Assembly (NCBI RefSeq): GCF_006345805.1
Contig: NC_043015.1
Coordinates: 8,184,001 to 8,248,000, forward strand
Direction: 5' to 3'
Length of the DNA: 64,000 nt
From: Octopus sinensis
Lineage: Eukaryota
Positions 52,242 through 64,000 of this stretch are shown one piece after another (the stretch's first letter is position 1; each line of letters starts with the position of its first letter). Under the pieces are notes generated by a model, which was not told where the DNA came from, searched no databases, and saw only the letters and a program-made list of their open reading frames with translations. Position numbers and translations under genes: made by a program.

Positions 52242-52279
52242 TATTTTACGATTCGAACCTACGTTCTTCAACAGAGAGA
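52242..52279 (-). ncRNA. Minimal hammerhead-like motif, copy 2 of tandem pair
   Basis: Minus strand tctct CTGTTGA a gaac gtag gttc GAATC GTA aaata. Confidence 0.4.
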
Positions 52280-52359
52280 AATAAGAGAAAATAAAGAGAA
52301 TAAAAAAGAGAGAATTGTAGATTTCAGCGGTCAATCATAGCGAATGACTGAAAAATGCA

Positions 52360-52424
<65 letters not shown>

Positions 52425-52489
52425 TGTATGTATATATATGAGTATATATATATGTAATTCATCTGACCCTCTTTTCCTCTTTGTTCTCA

Positions 52490-52641
52490 CACGTGACTGA
52501 CTGATCGATTGCTGGCCTTTCGTGCTTAGCAGTCGTCGCCGCAAGACACATTTTTTTCTCTCTGCCCTGAGGCATTTTTCTAGCACGTCAGCTCAAAGTT
52601 TACTCTTCCTGTCGAAAGACGCATGTCTGTGACGTCCTGTT

Positions 52642-52700
<59 letters not shown>

Positions 52701-52960
52701 TATTAATGTTGTTTTTACGTAGTTTTTATTCTTATTCGTGTAACCTCGTCCGTTTTTCCATCCTTGTTTTGTATACATTCGAGGCTTTCTTCCAAGGAGT
52801 CTAATGCGCTTGGCTTAGATTTTCCTTTGGGGCTGGCCAGATCGGAGCAATCTCAAGAATACTCAGTCGAAATTGCGAGGATGATCTGGTTCTTGACTGA
52901 TGATTGAAGGCTTCGAATGTCCCTTCCATGTTTTTTTGTATCGTCTTCTAAATGTTTTGT
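52490..52960. mobile_element. Further copy of the unclassified repeat at 49510-49960, with an internal (ATT)n
   Basis: Colinear blocks as listed for 49060-50160. Confidence 0.6.
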
Positions 52961-52985
52961 GTTCTTGTTCCAGTTTGTATAATTT

Positions 52986-53022
<37 letters not shown>

Positions 53023-53229
53023 TATCGGAGATGCACCAATTAATATGAAACACATCATATATTTAAAATTGACACTCCCCTCGTCAGGATGTTTTTACAC
53101 ACAACACATCGTTTCTTTATTACCCATAAAGGGATACATAGAGGGGACAATACAAACATTGGGGACATGAAACATCACAATTACATAAATATGGAAAATG
53201 AAATATGAACACGATAAATGAATGTGATA

Positions 53230-53600
53230 GCTAACGGCCACATCCGTTAGCATCACTTACCTGTCCTTCATACTTTATCCAGAATGTAATACACATTGTG
53301 CTCTATTTTCATCGCAAATCTCTTTTCCATTTCCGTTATTATCTCGTCATCTATTTCAAATCTAAACACTTTATACTCCACTTCACCCCCGACCTTTTTA
53401 ACAATGCCTGATATCTTGCCAAATTGGCCAAGTCTATTTCTCTTTCCTCCGTTCTTGTCGCTCCTGCGTATGTGTTGCCTAATTGCTTGTCCATTTTCTT
53501 TATCACCTTTTCAAGTTTTTCGTCAGAAGTCGATAAATCCGACACACTTTCGTACATGCTTCTTCTGGCCATCTCTCCCTTAGGGAGGGGCAGCCCACTT
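53230..53600 (-). pseudogene. Possible N-terminal ORF1 remnant of an L1/Tx1-like LINE
   Basis: MARRSMYESVSDLSTSDEKLEKVIKKMDKQLGNTYAGAT..., continuing after a frameshift as VKKVGGEVEYKVFRFEIDDEII. Charged, coiled-coil-like; the family call is inference only. Confidence 0.3.
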
Positions 53601-53921
53601 CTTCCTTATCTGTCTCAACTCAGACAGACAAAAAACTAAAAAGCTATGTAACAATAACGTTTAACGATAAAAATTAACAATCGACAATTAAACAGCAACT
53701 CACAGGTTCAAATAAGAAGCACAATAACACACAACACATAGTACACGGAAACAAATGCACAATTACATACCTGCTACATGCGAAAGACCAGACATTACGT
53801 ACTCCCAAAAATTCTCATAGATACTGAATGCTATTTATAAGCATATAATCTAGCAGCTATAGTAACTGGACTAATTCACATTCTCAGTTTTATATATATA
53901 GAGATATGTGTGTGTATATGT

Positions 53922-53969
53922 GTCTTACAGCTGTTTCCGGGATATGTTATATATCCCTACATCAGAGAC
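53922..53969 (-). ncRNA. Minimal type I hammerhead motif (A9 to U variant)
   Basis: Minus strand gtct CTGATGT a gggatat ataac atatccc g GAAAC agct GTA agac. Confidence 0.7.
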
Positions 53970-54733
53970 GGTACGAGAAATTGTTTGACCTTTATCATAG
54001 AGAAGATATGAAATACAGAGGGAAATAAGAGAATGAAAATACAAGTGAGATACAAAGGATATAGTATTTGTAGTTCTATATTACAAGTAGAATAGTGTAT
54101 ATATGTTTTGAAGAAGTTTCCTGTGCCTTGTATGTGAGATCCAATGGGAATAATATTTGTTGATTCCAAGCAGAGAACCTTGCAATCAATGCTGTTCGAT
54201 CGAGTTTTTTTATTTGTGTGAATAAAAATTTGGGTTTGTGTTTGTAATATTAATGGATAGATGGAGGGAGGACAGTTGTGTATGATTAGAAAAAGGGGAT
54301 ACATGGAATCAAAAACAGGAAGATAATGGGAGAAAGAAGAAAAAAAAAAAGAGGGAGACTAAAAAGAAATGAAGAAAGAGGGAACGAAATGAAATGAGAG
54401 AGGGCGTGTTAGCTAGTTGTGAGCATAAAATAATAGGAGGAAGGGATAGGTGAGGTGGGAGAGAGAGGAGTAGATGAGAGAGTAAGGTGTAAAAGAGTGT
54501 GAAGTATGTGAGGAAGGATTGTGTGATAGAGTTGCATTAAGGGATGGGTATAAATAAGGTAGAAAGAAGGTAAGGATAGGGTAATGTGTAAGTTTGTCTT
54601 AGTTCAAGTGGAAAAATTGAGGTAGAATGAAGAATATAAAGAACGAAGAATATAAATCGTCTCCATAAATAGACATGTTGTGATAGGTTAGCGATGAGTA
54701 GGAAAAGAAAGAATGTATATCTGTGAATACACA

Positions 54734-54767
<34 letters not shown>

Positions 54768-54906
54768 GACATATGCACACTTCAAAACATATACGCACAC
54801 AAAATCATGTATGTTCACACGCATTCACACATATACCCATTCACTTGTATCTATTTTTGTATACTTAAATTTTTGCATATATTAAACTCGAACAATTTCT
54901 CACACC

Positions 54907-54960
54907 GTCTCTGATGAAGGTTATAACTTATATCATATATCCCGGAAACAGCTGTAAGAC
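54907..54960 (+). ncRNA. Minimal type I hammerhead motif (canonical core)
   Basis: gtct CTGATGA ...imperfect stem II... GAAAC agct GTA agac. GUA cleavage triplet at 54954-54956 and self-complementary ACAGCTGT stem III. Confidence 0.75.
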
Positions 54961-55175
54961 ATTTTCTTTATAAATGATCTGAAATCCATTTACAGCCTTT
55001 GGTTTTTATCACATTTTGCCAATCTATATATGCATGCAAATACATGACCGACGTTGGTTTCCTCATTCATATCATTATCGAACCTGGAGTTAAACCATGG
55101 TCTATCTATACCCCTTACATAGCGTTACCCGTCACCTTTGGGATCTTCTTGACACTAATACTTCTCATGCCGTTG

Positions 55176-55206
<31 letters not shown>

Positions 55207-55765
55207 ATATATAGGATGAAGTTTTTTACAGAAAATATCATGAAAAATGGCAGCATATTAAAATACCTTTAAAGGTTAAATCATAAACAACTTATAAACA
55301 AGCGCAAAAGAAAAGTATTTCTATGCCAATATGCTGATAACAGACTTTTAAATCGTCAAATTTCCACATATTATACACCCGCTACAGAAACACGTTGTAC
55401 TGAAATCGGGAAGGTAGTCAACAGATTTTTTTCTAAAAAGAGTTCGTTATTTCTATCTTGAATCAATTTCGGATTTAATCTCATTGATTTTTCCCTCCTC
55501 AGTAGAAAATACGATACGAAATAAATGAAATACATACATGCTCCCATGGAAAAAAAAAAGCCGAAGCAAAAGTCATGTGTACATATAAGTACCCCAGTTA
55601 TATCTAAATATAATATCCTATGGCTAGCCTCAGTACATACACACACATACATATATATATATATATCGTATATATCTATAAAAGGAACAGCGAGCTTCAG
55701 TGAAATTCTCTTTTCTGAAGGCGAAAACGGCGGCCTAAACAGTTGCTGTGCTTCAAGCAGCTTAC

Positions 55766-55867
55766 TTGGCCGCTGCTATGAGCAAAACAAGTTCACGAGA
55801 GGTTTTCGCGTGTTTGGTATGGCCACTTATCGCTTGAAGTTCAACCTCGTCCTCAGTGAGCGTTGAT
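55766..55867 (-). CDS. Candidate 102-nt symmetric (phase 2-2) coding exon, product unknown
   Basis: Acceptor ttttcattcatttcttag, donor CAA|gtaagc, length divisible by 3, only one open frame (STLTEDEVELQAISGHTKHAKTSRELVLLIAAA), GC higher than the flanks. I recognise no homolog. Confidence 0.3.
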
Positions 55868-56245
55868 CTAAGAAATGAATGAAAATATTATGAATATACA
55901 TGAACTGAACTCAGAGGACCATCCTCAAACAAATGAATAACTTTTTTCATATGACTGATGCCTTCTGAAGCTCGTGAAAACGAATGTTAGCGAGGAATTG
56001 GGAAATAGTTGCAGCAAAATATTTGCCTCGCTTGCTTGCGGAAGATCCAAAACAGTCATGACTGTATGCGTGTTACGAACTGAAAGAACAGCCGGGTATA
56101 GAGCCGGATCTTCTGTGGAAGGGCTTCGCTGGTAGCGAAAGCTGGCGCTACGGAATTCGCAGATGTGGAAGAGGTAATTAAATTGACGGAGGTGTTACAA
56201 GTCATCACATCGCATGCATGCATACATATATATACATACATACAA

Positions 56246-56296
<51 letters not shown>

Positions 56297-57325
56297 ATAT
56301 ATATATAATATGTGGTGTGTGTGTGTTCTGTGTGTGTGTGCGTGTGTGTGTAAGTGTGTGTTTGTGTAATATGTATGTGTGTATGTATGTGTGTGTGTGT
56401 GTGTAGAATAGTGGTGTTGTTTGGTAACTGAATCCTCAATGATGCATACACAGGATTTCACCCACAACATGCGTGTGCATATTTAAGAATTTGTTCAGCG
56501 ATCTCACAAGTTAAGTTTAACCGTAACCTGAAATAACTTTTAATGCAAAATGCAACCCATAACTGTGGTACTGCGTATATATAGCAAAGATAATCTCGTA
56601 AATATATTCCCAGTATTACATATTTTTCTCTTATATCATGTCTTCGCTTAGTTTTTCGTCATATTTATTAACATTACGTCTAAGAAAATGAAAGATATGT
56701 TTTTTCAATTAGTGTGTTAAAGAAGAATGTGTAAATGGTTCTAGATTGCAGGAAAGCGAAAATCAATTTCGCATGTCACTTTAACTCTAAATCATGCACT
56801 TGCATTGATGTTGCCCTCTATTCTCCAGAATAACGAAACGTTTGAATACTGATATGTAACAGTCCAGATTTCCTCCCATGTATTAATGCTGTACGTGACC
56901 AACGACATTTCAGACGAAAATTTGTCTAATATTTCTTTAACATTATCTTACATGGGTGAGATATTCCTTCCTGGAAAGCGAAAATTTTGTTATAATTAGG
57001 GCAATGAAACATTTTGGAATTCCAGTAATGTGAAAGAAACAACGAGTCTCGTGACGCCACAAGTAATGTTGCTTGTATAGGCATTTAAATATATTACAAT
57101 AAAGCAGCAGAAGATTTTTTACAAAAGAACTTTTAGTAGTAGCTTGTATTGGAATCGGTTAACAAATGAAATTAATGATCTATCTCATAGTATTGAGTAC
57201 TTGCTGATTCTATCTACAGACGTGCTTACAAACACTCTCTCATTATATATATACACACTCTCACATACAAAGGTACGGACACAAATCTTTCTATACAAGA
57301 ACTGCAGAGAGAGAAAGAAAGAAAA

Positions 57326-57379
<54 letters not shown>

Positions 57380-57934
57380 TATATATATATACATGGGTAG
57401 CTAGAAACAATAAACAGCATCAGACAAAATATCACGCTTAGCATTGACCTCTTTTTCAAAAAATCCTAGAATATATCTAAATCATATTTTAGCAAAAAGT
57501 ATTGATCAACGACATTATTACGTTGGGAGGGAGTACAGTTATCACTAAGAAATTCTAAAGAGTGATTCATATGTCCATAGAAATACAATGTAGTTTGCAA
57601 AGATGTTCCTCTGTAGTATACCTAGGACTATTATTCTTGAAGGAATGAATAGCATTCATTATGTCATTGAAATGTATCCGTTTTCATTCTCAGAACCTAT
57701 ACAAATCTGTTCTGAGAATCGTTCGACCACAGAAGACAGACAGTTATATATTTATGCATACACACACACACACACACTCACTCATACAAACACACATGCA
57801 TATATATATATACTTATATATATATGTATGTATGAGCATATATATATATATATACATATATACATATGTATATTTATGTATATATGAGCACATATATATA
57901 TAAACATGCGTATACATACATATATATGTATATT

Positions 57935-57982
<48 letters not shown>

Positions 57983-59311
57983 GCATACATTCTTATATAT
58001 CATTATATAGATCATTATATATGTGGGTATGCATATGTAAACGAAATCACCAGAGGACACATATGTATACATGATCATCTAAAAACCGCATATATCTTCA
58101 ACAATGGACACCGACTGTTATATATATATCACATACACATATAGATTTCTGCTTGCACAAGTATACACTGAATATATATGCGTAAATGTACGTAAGTATA
58201 TGTTATTTAAGAGATGACCATTAAAATGCAATGCCTGTGATTAAGGTTACATTGGAACTTATGTATTTGCTTTTGTATATACTGTTCTTTTGTTCGTAAA
58301 GTCTTCTCTGTTTTGAATTTCGTTTAAACAACCTTACGTTATGGTGCAATATTCCAGGAAATATTCATGAGCTTTGCGTTTAGTTCTGTAACTTTAGTAA
58401 AGAGGGAGCGTGAATGTTCAGAGGGTTACATTTGTGAGTCGAAGACAATTTACACATATACTCTTCCATTTCGAATGAGAGAAGGAGTTATCTTGTTTGT
58501 TGGTGTAAACGCAAATATCAGCTAAATAAAACGTGTGGTAAATCGCATTTCAAGCGTGAATATAATGTTTACATCAACGCGCAGCTCTACGTATTATTTT
58601 TTTATGCTGTAGGGCCTTCTTTGAAAAAGGGAGACTCGGTAATTATAATTAGAAGTCCAACGGTGGCACGTTTACTTTTGTTGTATGGAGAGATTAAGCA
58701 GTGGGATTTGTTATATCCTGATGTGACTAAGAATTTGAGGAAATTTGAAGACCAAAATCCATGATATCTCTGAGAAAAACAATAACTAAAATGAAATATA
58801 TCACTGGAAAGATAGGAAGTTTATTCTTATAAGAACTGTTTACAGCTCTAGGTAAAAAATGTACTGCAGTATGAAAGAATCCCACTTTGAAATAAATATT
58901 TGTAGTATAAAGAACAAAATTTAATCAAGACTCAAATATAATCAGACTTCAGAGTCATCCCTGTAATTATGATGCAGATTTTGCATTTTAGGAATGAACG
59001 TATGTATTAGTTGGAAGCTCTGATGTGGAGAATCCAGCCTACCCTGGAGACGGAGACTTAAAAGAAAAAGACCTCAGAAAATGTTCTTCATTCAATTTCT
59101 GGTCAAAAAATATGCACCACTTTCTGCTACAAGCGGGTCTAAACAAAAGCTTAGACTACTGGAAACAAACCAGCTCTGTGAGTAGTGTAATGCAGGATAT
59201 TGGTACCTCACACAATGAGATCGTGAGAATCCACTATATATATACATACATACATATATATGTGAGTGTGTGTGTGTGTTTTGTGTGTGTTTGTGTGAGT
59301 GTCTATATATG

Positions 59312-59339
<28 letters not shown>

Positions 59340-59342
<3 letters not shown>

Positions 59343-59738
59343 TGCTATGTGGTAAAAAACTTGCTTCTCAACTACATGGTTCTGGGTTCAGTCCCACTAA
59401 GTAGCACCTTGGTCAAGAGTCTTCTACTATAGCAACTGGTCGACCAAAGCCTTTTTAGTTTCAGAGTGGATTTCGTTGACGGAAACCGAAAGAACTATAT
59501 ATATATATATATATACTTAAATCTATGTGTGTGAGATTATGCTTGTCAAACAACCGTAGCTTGGCAGCCGACGCTGGTGCTTTTATTTCACCGTTTGTTA
59601 CCAGTTCGGCAAAAGGACCAATAGAATAAGTACTAACCTTAGAGAAACAAGTCTTGCGTTGGATTTCTTCGACTAAAAATCCGTATAAGGCGGTGCTACT
59701 GCATGTCAGACGACTGAAACCAGTAAAAGAATGAAAGA
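59340..59738 (+). mobile_element. SINE family A copy, diverged
   Basis: gctatgtggtaaaaaacttgcttc...ggttcagtcccact...gttcggcaaaaggaccaatagaataagtact...gactgaaaccagtaaaaga. Confidence 0.88.
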
Positions 59739-61617
59739 ATATACGAATGTCTGGGTGTGGGTATTCGTGTGTGAGTATGTTTCTGTTTGTATGGATGTCC
59801 GTACAAATTTCATTCAGTTGTACACTATTAGTCGCGTTAATGTGTATTGAAATATTTACCATATAAGTATGTTTACGCTGTTTCTCATTTTAGTATATTG
59901 AATATATAATTATGACGGAATATATCGAGTTCTTTGGCGAAAAGTAGATATTTTGAAACCATAGCATCTGTCCTTAGAAGGAGGGAACACTTGACAAAAA
60001 TAGCCGAAGGAATATTTGAAAACAACTGTCAGTAATGCTGTGATGATTGACATTAAGAATAGAAACCATTCAAATTATTTTGATCAATGCAACTACGTTC
60101 CGAAGCAAGAATAGAGTGTCTTTATACGGGCGCTGAACATTTAAAAGCGAGCATATTACATATTAAATTCACTTGAGATGAATACCTTCACCAGTAGTTA
60201 GTAAATGATGATAATTTGTAAATAGGTTTCCTCCTGCATTCTATTTTCGTATCCATTATAATGTTAGAGCGATTTATATTGATAACTGAATGTGATGCTT
60301 AAATTGAAATATTATATATTTCCTCTGTGGAAAGCACTTTTTAATAGATAATGTACTTTTCTGCTCGATTTTACGTTACTACTAAAATAACTTCAATCGT
60401 TTTTCTGGTGTTTAAAGTCAATATTTTGAATGAGAATTTCTCTTTTTAATAATACTGGAAAAATACATTTAAATGTATTGGAGTTATTGATACATAGAAC
60501 ATTTCATTGAACATTTGAAATTAGATTTATGAGTACCATTCTTTTATAAACTTACCATTTGTCGATTTTGGTGATTTTGCAGAAAGTAATTATCAAAGAA
60601 ATTTCTACACACCAAAAGTATACCCCAAAGGAAGTATTTTTACTAGTTTCTATTGTTGTTGGAATTTATTATTATTACCTTTGCTTGTTTTTTTTTATTT
60701 CTATATAAGTTATCTAGGACATATTATAAAGTATCTGTAGTTATTTAAGAAGATGTAATTTGCTATGAGCAGAATCCCATCTTCTAATATACATCACATT
60801 TTCAGTTGTATATTATTACTTTCGGACTATAAGGTATGAAGTATCGATTTACAGTGTTGCATTGACACTCATGGTAACGTAAGGTAACATATGAGTAAGT
60901 AATTTCTCATTTATTGCAATGTTACGTTGCAGACGTGTTCAAAGAGTTAAGAGCAACGATACATCTATGTAAGCAGCTGAGCACATGTAATAAGATATTA
61001 AATTGATTTTGTTGAAAAGATAACTTCCCCATTGCATAATGGTAAATGGAAATATCATAATAAAAAGAGATTGAAATGAACGTTAGATAGCCAAGAATAT
61101 AGAAAACCAAAAGTTAGCGTGAGTGTGTGTGTGTATGTGTGTGTATGTGCTTGCTTCTGTATGTGTGTTTGTGTGTTATGCGTACCAAAATTATACACAT
61201 ACACATGTATATGTGTTCAGATAAACCGATAAGTAGAGGGAAAGTAACTGAGGGATGGAGTGGCAGATGCAATGATAAAAGACAATGGACAAGAATGGTG
61301 ATATATAAGTAATGTAATGTTCTCAACGGAACATTTTCTGACCTTGGTAATAGGTCACACTGATCTTAATCCTCTACGCTCGGAAGCACGTTTTCATAGC
61401 TGAATCTTTCTTTCATATATATATAAGCATGGCTAAAGGCATGTATGCATGAATGTGTACCTATATATGCATGCATATTGTACCTAACCTATCTGACTCT
61501 GTGTGTATAATTTGTGTGAGTGTATAAAATAAGACATTGATTCTTACATCACCTCTCATGTATTTTCAAGCCAGAAAAAAACGATGACCAACGTATCTAT
61601 CCACACACACACACACA

Positions 61618-61650
<33 letters not shown>

Positions 61651-62955
61651 TTACACACACGCACACACGCACGCACACACGCACATACACACACACATAC
61701 ACACACCAAACACACAAATACATGAAATTCTTCGATGGTAATTTGTAAGAGTGGTGCGATTGAAATATGTCAGATCTTACAAAATGGGATTTGTTTTCAG
61801 AATTTTTTATGAATTAAATTTTAAGCAATGGAGGTTAAACGGACTTCATAGTTGATGAATAGAAGAAATAGAAAACATTACTAATATAGTAAAAGTATAT
61901 TACAATGCTTATTGTTGTTTGAATTATAAATGTCATATAAAGCTGTGACTTAATATGCAGTGGTTTTGAAAGCTGTCAAGGCGTCAAATTTCTTGTGATA
62001 TTTGCCGGATGAGAATTTTGGGGCTCAGTGTGCTTGACACTAATTGATGTGAACTAACATTTGTTAACATCAATATTTGCAAAAATCCTTACATTTTGAA
62101 GTTTGTCGGTTTTAATATGTTTAGAATATTTAATTACGCATATAGGTGTAACAAAATAATTGGAGAAAAATTTAACATCCATAAAGAAACACATTATACG
62201 TGAGACTAATGTATCTAAGGATGAAAATACTAAAAGTTTTAAAGTTTGTAAGCAAATTGAAATATATTTGAAAAGGTTCATATCAAAGCTAAAGACATTT
62301 GAATAATAAATAAATTAGATGACAATGAGAAAAAAGAAACTGAATGATTATAATTAATTGACAGGTGGTTACGTTATGTATCAGTTCGTTTTTTAAATAT
62401 TCTAAAACCAAACGGAAGCAACAATTCTAGATGTAAAAAATGGCTGAAAGTATTATATAAGTTGAATGAATTGATGTAGAATACTTTTCCCACCAAATTC
62501 TAATCTTGTCTGCTTTTTGAGGATTATAATTATTCTAAATTCTACAACATTTACTACGAATCAATTTAAATTAGCCAGAGAAAAAATTTCTCATTGTCAC
62601 CTAAAATTTATCTAAATGTTTGTACAACCTTCATCATAACCCAACTAAATATGTGTACTGCATGCACATACTCTCAAGATGTATAATAATCAATAATAAT
62701 ATAATTCCATATGATATTCTAATCTTTTTTTGTTGAGTAGTTTATCAAGTTTTTCCATATTGTGATGAATCGTCACTTAAATGTTAGAAATAGGATTCAA
62801 AACCGAGGTTCAATATGGTTGCCTTAATGATGAAATCCTTGCGGCTCATATTAGTAGCAATGGTGGAGAAAACATATGCAGTAGTTGACTATCCCTCTGG
62901 CAAATCTCCGATCAAGTATATTGTAGTCATGTTAATCCATTCCGTTTTTTTTTGT

Positions 62956-62986
<31 letters not shown>

Positions 62987-63860
62987 TACTCCTGATTTCA
63001 TTAGATAAAAAAAATGAGCTTCATACATTTTTATTTATGTTTTAGTTTAGGAAGACATATGTTTCATAGAAGCAATATCATCGAGTAATCGTAATTATTC
63101 GAACCTGGAAAATTAGTTTCGATAGGCAATGGCACTAAATCTTCTACCACAGCTACCATTGTTTTGGTCATCGACATCTTAACAGAAGATAAAAAGATAT
63201 TGAAAGAATTCGGGAGACACTATAATTGCCTACTGTCAGTTTATTGTACAATTGGATGCAAATAGCAAGTGTTTATTTCAGATTTTTATAAATAGTTTTC
63301 CGGTAAGTGATTAAAATCTGCTGCTACGAAGAATATAAGTAGACTATACTTATATTAGAAGACGATATAAAGTTTTAAATGAACAGAAAGAGAACAAAGC
63401 ACGAAGATCAGATAAAACTTCTACTGATATAATGGAGACCATTCTCAGCAGATGTTACGACTGTGATAAAAGCAGTACAAATATGAATCCATATGATACA
63501 TAACGAATGAAAAATGAATAATAAATGCCATTACCTAAATTTCGTTACTTAATAATTGAATTTATGTTTGTATTAACTAGATGACTATAAAAATTCCTTT
63601 AACAATACGTTAAAAATTCACATATGCGTTCACATCAGCATATTGTCTGTGTGTATAAGCGTGTGTATGTGTATGTGTGTCTGTGTGTCTGTGTGTCTGT
63701 CTGTATGTGTCTGTGTATGAGGGTGCCTTTGCGTTTGTGTGTATAAAGAAGGAGAGAAATGCTTATTTTTATTACATTTATACCAATGTATGTTTACATG
63801 CATACGCATACATAAAAGCATACATACATAGACACATACACATCTAAACGCATACACAAC

Positions 63861-63892
<32 letters not shown>

Positions 63893-63941
63893 AAGATATA
63901 TATATATATATATATAATATATATATATATATATACAATAT

Positions 63942-63989
<48 letters not shown>

Positions 63990-64000
63990 ATATACACATA

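Noticed and set aside
52895-52935. ttgaCTGATGAttgaaggcttcGAAT hammerhead-like word
   Set aside because: Stem I and stem III partners cannot be placed. It is kept only as part of the unclassified repeat finding.
59011-59176. Open frame ending at a gtgagt donor (ORF 59025)
   Set aside because: The strong upstream acceptor leads to stops in all frames, the alternative acceptor has no pyrimidine tract, and I recognise no protein.

Overview
AT-rich, microsatellite-dense metazoan genomic DNA. The SINE families and repeat landscape look like octopus (coleoid cephalopod); this comes from recall of those repeats, not a database search. I find no intact protein-coding gene. Most ORFs in the track are read-throughs of (TA)n/(CA)n/(TATG)n/trinucleotide repeats or antisense frames of transposon relics. 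The window is a patchwork of decayed elements: tRNA-derived SINEs of at least three families (nested, multimerised, some with target-site duplications), R4/Dong-like RLE-type LINE fragments, Penelope-like (PLE) fragments, CR1-, RTE- and L1/Tx1-like fragments, two Tc1 and two mariner relics, and a non-autonomous Helitron. The main hidden signal is RNA-structural: three unrelated minimal type I hammerhead-like motifs, each present as a pair. One has a compensatory G3:C8 core (GUGAACA instead of CUGANGA) and lies on both strands of a perfect 265-bp palindrome at 37557-37821. One weak candidate host exon lies at 55766-55867 (-). All coordinates were read by eye, and ends of decayed elements are approximate.
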